From the IMG/VR virus record IMGVR_UViG_3300025401_000648: a DNA stretch of 64,000 bases; one strand, 5' to 3'. Under the pieces are notes generated by a model. It saw only the letters and a list, made by a program, of their open reading frames with translations, was not told the origin of the DNA and did not search any database. Made by a program: the position numbers and the translations under genes. This document shows positions 1-9,814 of this stretch, piece by piece (position 1 is the stretch's first letter; each line of letters starts with the position of its first letter). The DNA is from a virus (Duplodnaviria > Caudoviricetes).

Positions 1-2
1 TA

Positions 3-743
3 TCTGAATCTGATATTGGCAAGTTAGGGTTGGCCGCTCTTAAAATCAAAGACGATCAACCTGTAATCAAACGTCCGCTAAATTTTGTATTGGAAGAAAG
101 ACCGCTACCTGATGATTGTTTATCCATCGATACCTGGGTAGCAGAAGATTGTCAAGATCCAGAACTGCTGGCTGTAATTGAATATATTGTATCAACTCGC
201 AAAATGTCTTGGGATTGGTATGATTGGCATTGGAGTGCCACCCCCGGTTATAGAGACCGTGTGATTATTCCGTTTTATCATGAAGGTAAAATTGTGGGTT
301 ATACTGGGCGCAAAATAACAGACGGTAAGCCCAAGTATTTGACTGATGCTCAACCAGGATATGTGTTCAATATAGATGCTCAGATCAACAATAGGCAGTA
401 TACTATAGTTGTAGAAGGACAGTTTGATGCTATTGCTATTCAAGGATGTGCTATAGGTCATAATGAGCCTAACGAAACTCAGATCATGCGGATTAACGCA
501 TTGAATCGTGAAGTTATAGTTGTGCCAGATCGAGATCGCCCAGGTGCCAAGATGATAAAAACAGCCATTGAACAAGGATGGAGTGTGAGCTTGCCCCCTT
601 GGGAAGATGACATCAAGGATGTGGCTGATGCTGTAAAAAGATATGGAAGACTGTATACCTTAACCACAATTTTAAAGTACAAAGTGTCAGGCGAGATAAA
701 TTTACATCTATTAAAGAAGAAACTAGAGAATGTCGAAGAATAA
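3..743 (+). CDS. DNA primase (TOPRIM), 5'-truncated by window edge
   Basis: Frame open from nt 3; TOPRIM motifs VVEGQFDAIA and VPDRDRPG; IIPFY..GKIVGYTGR; directly upstream of helicase. Confidence 0.9.
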   Translation, partial: SESDIGKLGLAALKIKDDQPVIKRPLNFVLEERPLPDDCLSIDTWVAEDCQDPELLAVIEYIVSTRKMSWDWYDWHWSATPGYRDRVIIPFYHEGKIVGYTGRKITDGKPKYLTDAQPGYVFNIDAQINNRQYTIVVEGQFDAIAIQGCAIGHNEPNETQIMRINALNREVIVVPDRDRPGAKMIKTAIEQGWSVSLPPWEDDIKDVADAVKRYGRLYTLTTILKYKVSGEINLHLLKKKLENVEE

Positions 744-2178
744 ACAACCAAAACCCAATTACGATTACAACATGCAACGGCTCTACTTGGAAATGTTTCT
801 AAGTGATGCTGAAACTTTTATCAGATGCCAAAATATTTTTGATCCTGAAAACTTTGATCAAAAATTACAAACAGCCGCTGAATTTATTACCAAATATGTA
901 GATGAATATAAGGTCATGCCTGAAGTCAGTATTGTTAATGCCAGTACAAGAAGTGACTTTGCCTCAGTGACTTTGGAACGTGAAAACTATGACTGGCTGT
1001 TAAATGAATTTGAGCAGTTCAGTAGACACAAAGGCTTAGAGCGAGCAATTATTGCTTCTAGCGATTTATTGGAAACTGGTGATTATGGCCCAGTGGAAAA
1101 ATTGATCAAAGATGCTATACAGGTTAGCCTTAGCAGAGACATGGGCACTGACTATTTTGCTGATCCTAGAAGCCGACTGAGCAAGCTCAAAGACAATAAT
1201 GGACAAATTAGCACAGGATGGCCCAGCATTGATAAGAAATTGTATGGTGGATTTAACCGTGGCGAGTTGAATATTTTCTGTGCTGGATCAGGTGGCGGTA
1301 AGAGTTTGTTCTTGGCCAATATGGGTGTTAACTGGGCCTTGGCCGGATTAAATGTTATCTACTTGACATTTGAATTGAGTGAAGGCTTGGTCAGTATGCG
1401 ATTAGATAGTATGACTACTGGCATTAGTACTAGAGACATTTTCCGTAACATTGATGATGTGGAACTCAAGGTTAAAATGCTGGAAAAACGCAGTGGACAC
1501 CTACAAGTTAAGTATATGCCTAGTGGTAAAAATTGTAACGATATTCGGGCCTATTTGAAGGAATATCAGATCAAAACAGGGGTAAAACCAGACGTTTTAC
1601 TCATAGATTACCTCGATTTAATGATGCCTTTGTCAGTGAAGGTAAGTCCCAGCGATTTGTTTGTTAAAGACAAATATGTGTCAGAAGAGATTCGTAATTT
1701 GGCCATGGAAACACAATGTATTACGGTAACGGCTAGTCAGTTGAATCGTAGTGCTGTGGAAGAAATTGAGTTTGACCATAGTCATATTTCGGGTGGTTTG
1801 AGTAAGATCATGACAGCAGATAACGTGATTGGTATCTTTACAAGTCGTGCTATGAAGGAACGTGGACGCTATCAAATCCAGTTTATGAAGACACGTAGTT
1901 CAAGCGGTGTGGGACAAAAAGTTGAATTAGAGTTTAACTTGGATACATTACGCATTACTGACTGTGAAGAAGAACAGGAAGGCAGTTTTAATCAACAGCG
2001 TCAGAACAGTCCATCAAATAGTGTTATTGATGGGCTAAAACGTACTAGTCAAGTCAGCACTAGCACTGAACGAAGTGATCCTAAAGAAGGCTTTGATTTT
2101 AGTAAGTTGCCCAAGCCGCGGACAAATGCTCCAGCAATTAGAAGTATGATCAGTAGTCTAAATCCAGAAAAGGATTAA
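730..2178 (+). CDS. Replicative DNA helicase, DnaB/T4 gp41-like
   Basis: Walker A GSGGGKS, Walker B LLIDYLDL, TASQLNR, QFMKTRSS; overlaps primase end. Confidence 0.93.
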   Translation: MSKNKQPKPNYDYNMQRLYLEMFLSDAETFIRCQNIFDPENFDQKLQTAAEFITKYVDEYKVMPEVSIVNASTRSDFASVTLERENYDWLLNEFEQFSRHKGLERAIIASSDLLETGDYGPVEKLIKDAIQVSLSRDMGTDYFADPRSRLSKLKDNNGQISTGWPSIDKKLYGGFNRGELNIFCAGSGGGKSLFLANMGVNWALAGLNVIYLTFELSEGLVSMRLDSMTTGISTRDIFRNIDDVELKVKMLEKRSGHLQVKYMPSGKNCNDIRAYLKEYQIKTGVKPDVLLIDYLDLMMPLSVKVSPSDLFVKDKYVSEEIRNLAMETQCITVTASQLNRSAVEEIEFDHSHISGGLSKIMTADNVIGIFTSRAMKERGRYQIQFMKTRSSSGVGQKVELEFNLDTLRITDCEEEQEGSFNQQRQNSPSNSVIDGLKRTSQVSTSTERSDPKEGFDFSKLPKPRTNAPAIRSMISSLNPEKD

Positions 2179-2753
2179 AACCAAAGACTGGCTTGATGAT
2201 ACGCACTGGCATCAATAGCCTGTTGCCATTGATGTTCGCCACCATGCGAACTTAGTACTAGATCAACAGTAGCAGGTACAGTTTCCCAACTCATACTGTT
2301 ACGCATGATTTTTTTACTGGGACGGACTGATAGGCTTTGTGCTAGCTCAATTCCTTCCCAACTCCAGTATCCAGCACATGCCCTAAACATGCTAGGGCCT
2401 TCTCCAGCACTCAGCGCAGTGAGTACTGATATATCGTTGGTTATGGATAACTCATCATTGATAGACACTGTTGAGCGACCTGACCAATCTTTACTGTGTA
2501 TGACATGTACTCGATCTTGACCATTTGGGCCACCAAACCATATGGGATCATGGCCGTCAATATCTATACCAATTCTACTACTGATTTCTTGAAGTGTTTG
2601 GTTAGGGATGGCTTGATTAATTTGTATACCAATAGCAATGTCAGGAGTATGACTTACCACTAATATTACACCATGTTCAAGCGCATGGTGGCTGGTTCTA
2701 GGACTAGAACATAATAAGTAGCCAAAATAAGTTTTATTTTTAACTGTTGTCAT
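2175..2753 (-). CDS. yqgE: YqgE/AlgH (DUF179) family protein
   Basis: VILVVSH..GIQIN, FGGP, HVIHS, GYWSW pattern; ATG at 2753 preferred over TTG 2759. Confidence 0.75.
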   Translation of the reverse strand: MTTVKNKTYFGYLLCSSPRTSHHALEHGVILVVSHTPDIAIGIQINQAIPNQTLQEISSRIGIDIDGHDPIWFGGPNGQDRVHVIHSKDWSGRSTVSINDELSITNDISVLTALSAGEGPSMFRACAGYWSWEGIELAQSLSVRPSKKIMRNSMSWETVPATVDLVLSSHGGEHQWQQAIDASAYHQASLWF

Positions 2754-2758
2754 ATCCA

Positions 2759-2778
2759 ATATTTATTGGAATAAATAT
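2759..2778. promoter_or_regulatory. Back-to-back TAAATA late-type promoters (perfect inverted repeat)
   Basis: ATATTTATT-GG-AATAAATAT between divergent ATGs at 2753 (-) and 2785 (+); resembles T4 late consensus TATAAATA. Confidence 0.65.
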
Positions 2779-2784
2779 CCAGTC

Positions 2785-3480
2785 ATGATATCAAACGAAA
2801 TTTCTAAACCCATAGAGTATCACAAGGTGCTTAATCCCAAACTGTGGGATCACAATCGTTTAAAAAGCAATGTTAGGGGTGCCTTGTTACGTATTGCTGA
2901 AGATTTTAAAAATTATATTGAGACTCCATTTCGTGTGGTAGACATAGTGATCACTGGTGGTAATGCCAATTACAATTACACGACGCATAGCGACATTGAT
3001 CTACACCTCATAGCAGACTATGATAGTGTGGAATGCGACAGTACTGCGGCTGAATTATTTGACACCAAGAGATTATTGTACAAACGTGATTATGATATCA
3101 ATATTCACGCTGTGCCTGTAGAGTTATACGTGGAAGATAAAGATCATCCTGCTGTTAGTGGAGGGTGCTATAGTGTGTTACATGGTCGTTGGATCAAACA
3201 ACCCAACTCCAATCTTCCCGACTATGACAAAGAAAAACTAGAGCATATGGTTGCTGTATGGCATGAAATACTGAAAAATGCCACAAAGACAGGTTCTTTG
3301 GATGCATGTAGAAATGCGGTACAGCTACTACGCAAATACCGCAAGTTGGGATTACAAACTAAATCAGGAGAGTTTAGTATTCCCAATCTAGTGTACAAGA
3401 GTTTACGAAACGATCACACACTGGCAGGAATCACAATCTTAATTGATCGACTACACGATCAAGAATTAAGCCTAAAATAA
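2785..3480 (+). CDS. Nucleotidyltransferase, Pol-beta superfamily
   Basis: GGNANYNYTTHSDIDLHL (G[GS]..DxD) plus third acid in VELYVED. Confidence 0.7.
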   Translation: MISNEISKPIEYHKVLNPKLWDHNRLKSNVRGALLRIAEDFKNYIETPFRVVDIVITGGNANYNYTTHSDIDLHLIADYDSVECDSTAAELFDTKRLLYKRDYDINIHAVPVELYVEDKDHPAVSGGCYSVLHGRWIKQPNSNLPDYDKEKLEHMVAVWHEILKNATKTGSLDACRNAVQLLRKYRKLGLQTKSGEFSIPNLVYKSLRNDHTLAGITILIDRLHDQELSLK

Positions 3481-4527
3481 TTATTTGTGTTGGCTTACAA
3501 TTTCAGGCTTAATTATGGCCTGTATGCCGTAAGCATCGTTAGTCCATACAACTAGGTTTTTCAGGGCTGTTATAGTCAACATACTGTCTAATCTCTTTTG
3601 TGCTTGTCGAACTTCGTCGCCCACTAACCAAGGATATGCTCCAACTCTGCTGGTAATAATTTGTTGACTTTCTGGATCAGCAATCATCTTTCGGGCCGCG
3701 GCAATCAATCTATCCTTGTTGGGGTTATTTTTATTGACCCAAATAACTTTTTGTAATACGTCCCTATAGCTTTTGACCAATAGCCAAGCATCGTAAAACT
3801 CGCCACTAGGATCTTTGCCCCATTTGGCCTTATATGCTTCGTTAAATGTACTTTGGCCCTTGGGAAAGTTTGTATCTGAAATTAACTTGCCTGTCTTAAT
3901 GTCCATGAGTCCTGCTGAGAACCATGTTTGATTAAATGCCAATGGTTCAATTTGTTGTTTGTAGAGAAAGGGATTTTCTCTAGTAACATTTAGCTCGCCT
4001 CTGATAAATCCCAGTGCTGTTTCAGAATTTTTCATACCCCGAACATAGATAACATGTTTACGAAAACAATCCAAATAGTCTGCCATCTTGGGCAACGGTC
4101 CACAAACCATCATGGTTATGGCCATGGCATCAGGATTCATACCAGACCCTGCGGCAAACTTGATGATGTTTTTGTAGGGGTCCTGTGTTTTATTATAGCT
4201 CACAATGATAGTTTGATTTTGTGCTAGGATAGGTTCATAGTCGTTAAAATTAAACTTAACATCTTCTAGTAGGTATGCTTCTGCTTGCCCGCCGTTGCTG
4301 TACCACATATAGGAGTCATCATAACGATATTTTTCTGCCCATTTGTTGCCGGCAGGAATATCTCGAGCGCCCTGTATAATTTCTGATCGAATAGGCTCGC
4401 CCAAGGCCTTGGCCAGTTCTGGAATAACCACAGTGGGCCACCCGGTGGCGCTGGGTACTACCACAGTCATATCTGCCAGTGCCAAATTACAGGCACAGAA
4501 TAAAATAATTAGTAAAAGTTTCTTCAT
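3481..4527 (-). CDS. tctC: Periplasmic substrate-binding protein, TctC/Bug-like
   Basis: Signal peptide MKKLLLIILFCACNLALA; TVVVP..G, I.GA..IPAGN, GELNVTRE; adjacent to TctA. Confidence 0.6.
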   Translation of the reverse strand: MKKLLLIILFCACNLALADMTVVVPSATGWPTVVIPELAKALGEPIRSEIIQGARDIPAGNKWAEKYRYDDSYMWYSNGGQAEAYLLEDVKFNFNDYEPILAQNQTIIVSYNKTQDPYKNIIKFAAGSGMNPDAMAITMMVCGPLPKMADYLDCFRKHVIYVRGMKNSETALGFIRGELNVTRENPFLYKQQIEPLAFNQTWFSAGLMDIKTGKLISDTNFPKGQSTFNEAYKAKWGKDPSGEFYDAWLLVKSYRDVLQKVIWVNKNNPNKDRLIAAARKMIADPESQQIITSRVGAYPWLVGDEVRQAQKRLDSMLTITALKNLVVWTNDAYGIQAIIKPEIVSQHK

Positions 4528-4533
4528 TTGTCC

Positions 4534-5991
4534 TCAATGATAGTTAATGGTTGTGCGGTTAAAAAATAACCCGTATACTAGTATTATTACACCAAAAGCA
4601 AGCAGACACAAACTAATTGGATGATGCAGGAGATCTTGAAATTTATACAGTGCCAAAAATTGCCCTGTGGTTAGTTCCAATCTATGACTAAGAGTAAAGC
4701 CTATGATAAAACTGATCCTACTGATTTTGAAATATTTAAAACATAGTCCCACTGCGGTCATTATGGACAATATGGCATAATCCTCCCAGCCGCCTGTATA
4801 GTCGACGCAGGACCAAACAATCAAGGCAATCAAAGGGGCCGCCCAATACTTAAAGGGCACACGGGTTATTGCTGTGGCATATTTTATGAACGCTATACTG
4901 ATAAAAAATGTTAGAACCAAACTTAGCATGAAACCAAAACTCAAGGCATCAAAAAATTTGTGATTTGACAGCAGTGTTTGGCTTCCTAGATCCAATCCCA
5001 CATAGGCCAGTAGGCTCATAACCACTGCTTCAAAAGGAGCCGCAGGTACACCAAACAATACCGTGGGCACATAGGCAGTGGCCTTTTGAGCCAGTGTGGC
5101 ACCCTCAGGACCAATTACACCTTTGACATTGCCTGATCCAAAAGGCATGGTTTCATTTTTGTTTGTGGCCACAGTTTGTCCATAGCTTAACCAATCCACA
5201 ATAGCCCCGCCTATACCAGGCAGTATACCAATTACCCCACCTATGATTCCACCTCTGACACTGATCCATCGGTTCGCCCACCAATCCCCAAATCCTTGTC
5301 GTATTTGTAGCCAATTATCTTGAGATGACTGTAGGTATGTGGTTTTAATTCTAACAGCGTTTATGATTTCAGGCAGTGCCATCAACCCTGCCATGACTGG
5401 AGCAAATTGTATACCATCGGCTAGATAAAACCAGCCACCAGTAAATCGTTCAGCGTTAGTCACAGGATCAGTACCAATCGATCCAGCAAATATACCCAAT
5501 ACCAGTCCCAGTATACCTCTTGCCCAATACTGACTGCTTAAGAAACAGATGCTGGTAACAGCCAAGATTAAAAATGCCCACTGTTCAGGTATACCAAAAC
5601 TCAACACCACATTGGCATAGTAGGGCAATAGTAAAATAGTTAACGTTCCCCATACTACGCCCTGACTCACTGAACTAAACACACTGGCACTCATGGCTCT
5701 GGCAGCTTCACCGCGTTGAGCCATGGGATATCCATCCACCATGGTGGCAGCACTACCCCCGCCTCCTGGTATGTTCATGACCACACTGGCAAACAGATCG
5801 CCCACACTGGCTGATACAACCACGGCAGTGGTAAACACAATAAGACTGTAGGGGTCGCCTCGGAAATAGGATATAAAACTATAGATAGTCAGCAAGGCTG
5901 TGCCGGCACCTGCCACAGGAATAATGCCAAACACAAATCCATATAGAGTGCCCAATAACAGCCAAGGTGTATATTGAATTACAAAGTCCAT
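4534..5991 (-). CDS. tctA: Tripartite tricarboxylate transporter large permease, TctA family
   Basis: 485-aa multi-TM protein; G.VFGIIPVAG, NIPG...SAAT.VDGYPMA.RGEA, GVIGILPGIGG, G...GVIGPE. Confidence 0.85.
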   Translation of the reverse strand: MDFVIQYTPWLLLGTLYGFVFGIIPVAGAGTALLTIYSFISYFRGDPYSLIVFTTAVVVSASVGDLFASVVMNIPGGGGSAATMVDGYPMAQRGEAARAMSASVFSSVSQGVVWGTLTILLLPYYANVVLSFGIPEQWAFLILAVTSICFLSSQYWARGILGLVLGIFAGSIGTDPVTNAERFTGGWFYLADGIQFAPVMAGLMALPEIINAVRIKTTYLQSSQDNWLQIRQGFGDWWANRWISVRGGIIGGVIGILPGIGGAIVDWLSYGQTVATNKNETMPFGSGNVKGVIGPEGATLAQKATAYVPTVLFGVPAAPFEAVVMSLLAYVGLDLGSQTLLSNHKFFDALSFGFMLSLVLTFFISIAFIKYATAITRVPFKYWAAPLIALIVWSCVDYTGGWEDYAILSIMTAVGLCFKYFKISRISFIIGFTLSHRLELTTGQFLALYKFQDLLHHPISLCLLAFGVIILVYGLFFNRTTINYH

Positions 5992-6527
5992 TATCTAAGA
6001 CGCCACTCAGCGTAGATTCGATTGGTTTGATCCCATCGCAATTCCACAATTTTAAAACCAAACACATCGGCAAGTCTAATATGTTCTTCAAAAGACCAAG
6101 GATAAAAATCAATTAGTTCAGTTTCCACAGCACCGTGGTCTTGGACTCCAGGATTACAACGCCAATATATTCTTCCCTTGGGTAACAGTAGATTTTTTAC
6201 TAGGCCAATTTGATTTTCTATGGTTTCCCTTGATCCAAAGTTTATGCTGCCAAGACAAAATGCCACATTGAACTGCTCTCGATTGACTCGAGCAAATTCC
6301 TCCAAGGTCAGTCTATGATCTGCCTCATCAAAAGCAGGATCTATGCCTATTAGATTAGGTATAAGTTTTTTGAAATGATTTCGACCACAACCAATGTCTA
6401 TAACTTGCTCATTGGCGTTAATACGACTGGCCAGTTGTAGCCCAGAATAAATGACCCTGTCTATGTTGCTGATAGGCAGTGTGCTCCAGACTTCTCTGAA
6501 ATAATGTGTTAGTTCCTGTTGATTCAT
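5991..6527 (-). CDS. Class I SAM-dependent methyltransferase
   Basis: Motif I VIDIGCG, LIGIDP, FCLGSINF. Confidence 0.75.
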   Translation of the reverse strand: MNQQELTHYFREVWSTLPISNIDRVIYSGLQLASRINANEQVIDIGCGRNHFKKLIPNLIGIDPAFDEADHRLTLEEFARVNREQFNVAFCLGSINFGSRETIENQIGLVKNLLLPKGRIYWRCNPGVQDHGAVETELIDFYPWSFEEHIRLADVFGFKIVELRWDQTNRIYAEWRLR

Positions 6528-7126
6528 GCAATCCGTACATGTGTGTCATTGGCAATGAAATCTAAAAATTCTTTTGGCGGGGTGATGCCAAGAATTCGGC
6601 ATAGTTCATGATTGTCCCTGATGTCATTACCTGTCCAATATTTTAACAGACAATAGTTCTGAAGAGCAATATGTTTGGACATCGTGTCTAAATCTCGATA
6701 GAATTGATAGTTGGGATAGGTGATATTGAATTCACCGCATTTTATCCACCAATCCAAACAATCGCGGTCATTACGGTAGACTAGAACTATGGGGCAGTCG
6801 GGCCAGTTAGCCCTCAAAAAATCTATATGATAAACAAAATGATGACAGCGTATGATGCGTATACCCTGTCCTGAGAAGGGGCGATCAAATTCTGCCTCGC
6901 ACTGTTCAGGCGTACGATCACTGAGTCGATCAAACCATTGCCCAAATTCCATGCCTGGATCAAAGTATGAACCACCATGAAACCCCGAAATAATTTCGGT
7001 ACCCGCATGACTGTAGGTGCGATCCTCAGTATAGTCGGTGCTGTCAATGTCCACACTGTCTTTGATCAGTCGTGGTATACTGCTCCACCTAGAGCCTGGG
7101 GCGCCGGTTACAAAGATATATTTCAT
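6524..7126 (-). CDS. P-loop / sulfotransferase-like protein
   Basis: N-terminal IFVTGAPGSRWS, later IIRCH and IVLVYR, similar to 5'-PSB/3'-PB layout; function not established. Confidence 0.45.
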   Translation of the reverse strand: MKYIFVTGAPGSRWSSIPRLIKDSVDIDSTDYTEDRTYSHAGTEIISGFHGGSYFDPGMEFGQWFDRLSDRTPEQCEAEFDRPFSGQGIRIIRCHHFVYHIDFLRANWPDCPIVLVYRNDRDCLDWWIKCGEFNITYPNYQFYRDLDTMSKHIALQNYCLLKYWTGNDIRDNHELCRILGITPPKEFLDFIANDTHVRIA

Positions 7127-7134
7127 ATCTTTAC

Positions 7135-8415
7135 TTATTGCGGGGTATCAGCTGTGGGTAAATTATCTGGAAGGGTTAGGCTACGATCTAATTCAGATCC
7201 ACGTTTATGCTGACTGAGAATTTCAGGAATATTGAACACACTGTAACTATATTGTTTGACCGTGGTCTTCATGGTTGTGTAAGTAGCACATTCAGTTTGA
7301 TAAAGAGTTTCAAAATTTGTCATGGCCCAACGTTGAAAATCTTCAGTGTTATAAAATGCTTGAAAATTATTGCCCAGAGTGTTTTTATTCATACGGACTA
7401 GATTATCCAAGTGCATTTGGTATTTGAATATGAATCTAAAGTAGCCGGCCAGTTGATATGCGTATTCAACTGTCATAGGAAACTGACTTAATTTTGGAGC
7501 CACAGCAGAATTATACAGTGCTTGACTCACTGCGGTATCACATTGATGTATTCTAGAATGATTACTTACAAAATAGTCTTCTGCGGATAGATATTTGTCC
7601 GAATCATTCACGGGTGATTTATAAAAGTCATCAATTCTCGAATCGCCCACACTGCCTTGATGACATTTAAAAAATCTCTTGCCCAAACTAAAATTGTGCT
7701 GTAGTACGGGAAACAGTTGATCATTACAGTCACCAGTGATCACAGTCCTATTGCTTACCGGTTGTTTTAAAAAGTCAAAATGTGAGGGCATTGCATCATT
7801 AATAAGATAATTGTTCAAAGGCAGACAATCAAAATTTTGTCGTACATGGTCGTACATCTCAGGAAATTCTCTTTGGCTGTTGGCATCAAAGGCCACACTG
7901 AATTTAATATTGTTTTTGACCAAGGCAGCAAGTATGGCTGTGGAGTCAATACCTCCGCTCCACATGACCACAGGATTCAAATTAGCATAGCTACCAGCAG
8001 TCTCATCCATGATCTCTGCGTAGGTCTTGGCAGTGTAAGTGTCAGACGGTATGGTAATTGGTGATCCGGATAAAAATATTCCTGAACGGTCAGTGAAATT
8101 ATCAGCAGGGTATCTACGCACAGGCAACAAGATCAAGGACCTATAGATTTGATTGAATTCTGAATCATTTTGAATACATTCAGCATCTAATGCCAAATCT
8201 GACATTTCTCTGTCGTCAGTGACGTCATATATGCTGACCAACTGTGTTCTTGGATCCTGAAGATCTCCCAATAATACCAAATCCACAGGATCAGTGAGTA
8301 CAGTGGCAGCAGGTACATAGGTCAAAATATTACCCATATAGACCTTGATTTCGTAGTCCTGGGCATTGGATAGTGACGCAACCTGCTGACGAAGAAGATC
8401 TAATGTATCTGACAT
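7135..8415 (-). CDS. PP-loop ATPase, asparagine-synthase C-terminal-like (no Ntn glutaminase domain)
   Basis: VMWSGGIDST PP-loop and VITGDCNDQLF motif; about 110-aa unrelated N-terminal domain. Confidence 0.65.
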   Translation of the reverse strand: MSDTLDLLRQQVASLSNAQDYEIKVYMGNILTYVPAATVLTDPVDLVLLGDLQDPRTQLVSIYDVTDDREMSDLALDAECIQNDSEFNQIYRSLILLPVRRYPADNFTDRSGIFLSGSPITIPSDTYTAKTYAEIMDETAGSYANLNPVVMWSGGIDSTAILAALVKNNIKFSVAFDANSQREFPEMYDHVRQNFDCLPLNNYLINDAMPSHFDFLKQPVSNRTVITGDCNDQLFPVLQHNFSLGKRFFKCHQGSVGDSRIDDFYKSPVNDSDKYLSAEDYFVSNHSRIHQCDTAVSQALYNSAVAPKLSQFPMTVEYAYQLAGYFRFIFKYQMHLDNLVRMNKNTLGNNFQAFYNTEDFQRWAMTNFETLYQTECATYTTMKTTVKQYSYSVFNIPEILSQHKRGSELDRSLTLPDNLPTADTPQ

Positions 8416-8426
8416 AATTTAATTTT

Positions 8427-8981
8427 TTAATTGTATCTAAAGGTTTGATAGCCGGAACCATTAGAATATGCGGGAGCGTATAATAGCCCTGTATTGGAAA
8501 ATCCTCCCCATTGATAATAACTGTAACCGCCACCTTGGTAATAATAATATGCGCCGCCAGGAGTGGCTGTGTAATTATAACCAGTGAGTGAGTTGAAAAA
8601 ATATCTAGGTGGATAGCCATTCATGATCAAGCCACTATAATAATAGGGGTAATAGTTGTAAACATAAATATTGAACACACTATAGCCGTTGATTGTAAAG
8701 CCAGGATTGTTATAGGTTTGAGATTGGGTGGTGGGGTTGGTGTTGCGATCACTGGTGTAATACCAATTCCAACTATAGTATAGAGTGGTACCATAACTGC
8801 GTCCGTAGAATTGGCCCATGTTGATGGCTTGGTTGGCGCTCTGCCCCACCAGTTGCTCTGGGAAGGTGTCTCCCATGGCAATACCTCCGTGATAGGCATA
8901 GAAAGCACCCAGCTCATAGCCGATGCCATTGGAGGCACCGTCGTTGCCTAATCCCAGTGTTCCGCTTGATGGTAATGTCAT
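8427..8981 (-). CDS. Putative virion protein with MTLPSSG N-terminal module and Tyr/Gly/Asn-rich C-terminus
   Basis: MTLPSSG...INMGQFYG module as in 26047; TAAATA at 8987-8992 just upstream of ATG 8981. Confidence 0.55.
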   Translation of the reverse strand: MTLPSSGTLGLGNDGASNGIGYELGAFYAYHGGIAMGDTFPEQLVGQSANQAINMGQFYGRSYGTTLYYSWNWYYTSDRNTNPTTQSQTYNNPGFTINGYSVFNIYVYNYYPYYYSGLIMNGYPPRYFFNSLTGYNYTATPGGAYYYYQGGGYSYYQWGGFSNTGLLYAPAYSNGSGYQTFRYN

Positions 8982-9006
8982 AGCAGTATTTAGCTGTGTC
9001 AATTAG

Positions 9007-9035
9007 TTGATTTTGTTCATGGGGCCCAGTATAAT
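9007..9035 (+). promoter_or_regulatory. sigma70-type promoter for the nucleotidase gene
   Basis: TTGATT-17 nt-TATAAT. Confidence 0.6.
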
Positions 9036-9070
9036 TACAGTATATAACCAAGAGAAAGAACACACAAAAT

Positions 9071-9580
9071 ATGCCCACAATCTACATAGACATGGACGGA
9101 GTGGTTGCAGACTGGGAGACCGCTGCCGAACAATTTATCCAACAGCAAAAAGACATCAACAGCCTATGGCCCGACGAGGAATGGCAACGAATACGCAGTC
9201 AAGATCATTTTTATCGGCACTTGCCAGAAATGCCCCGAGCACATGAGCTCATGGCTCTGGCTCGTAGATTTAGAGACGAATTGGGTTGGCAGTTGTGCAT
9301 GCTCACAGCCATACCACACAAAAATGACATGCATGAAGTGTTCCATGATAAAATTGATTGGATGGCCGAACGCTGGCCCGAGGTACGTGTACACTTTGGT
9401 CCCTACAGCTATGACAAACAACATCACTGTGAACCCGGGGACATCTTGGTGGATGACCGAACCAGCAACTGTTTAGAATGGCGTGCCCGGGGTGGCACGG
9501 CTGTTCAGGTCACCAAGGACTACGATCTAGCGCTACTAGAGCTGGCGGAATTATTTAGAATCATCAGGCTCGGTGCCTGA
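9071..9580 (+). CDS. 5'(3')-deoxyribonucleotidase, HAD superfamily
   Basis: IYIDMDGVVAD, ILTA-like MLTA, DK, ILVDDR motifs. Confidence 0.85.
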   Translation: MPTIYIDMDGVVADWETAAEQFIQQQKDINSLWPDEEWQRIRSQDHFYRHLPEMPRAHELMALARRFRDELGWQLCMLTAIPHKNDMHEVFHDKIDWMAERWPEVRVHFGPYSYDKQHHCEPGDILVDDRTSNCLEWRARGGTAVQVTKDYDLALLELAELFRIIRLGA

Positions 9581-9814
9581 TATTATGGCCGTGCTGGTGT
9601 CACGGTCTATTGTCATATAACCTTCACAGGTCATATTCCAGTCGTCACCACCCCCACCTGATCCTGTGACGGAATCTGTGACCGTGAGCCCTTCTATGCG
9701 GAAGTGCTTGAACAAGAACTCCCTACCGTTCTCAAACACACGCCACACATGTTCGGCAGTGCCACGTCCCGCCTGTCCACGACTCTTGTTGAATCTTATG
9801 TGATAGGTGTTCAT
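9551..9814 (-). CDS. Hypothetical phage protein
   Basis: 87-aa ORF coupled by 4-nt overlap to the upstream oxygenase. Confidence 0.6.
   Translation of the reverse strand: MNTYHIRFNKSRGQAGRGTAEHVWRVFENGREFLFKHFRIEGLTVTDSVTGSGGGGDDWNMTCEGYMTIDRDTSTAIISGTEPDDSK

Noticed and set aside
730-2178. Intein or intron in helicase, ligase or primase
   Set aside because: Lengths and motif spacing are normal; no C/S...HN splice motifs or LAGLIDADG inserts.
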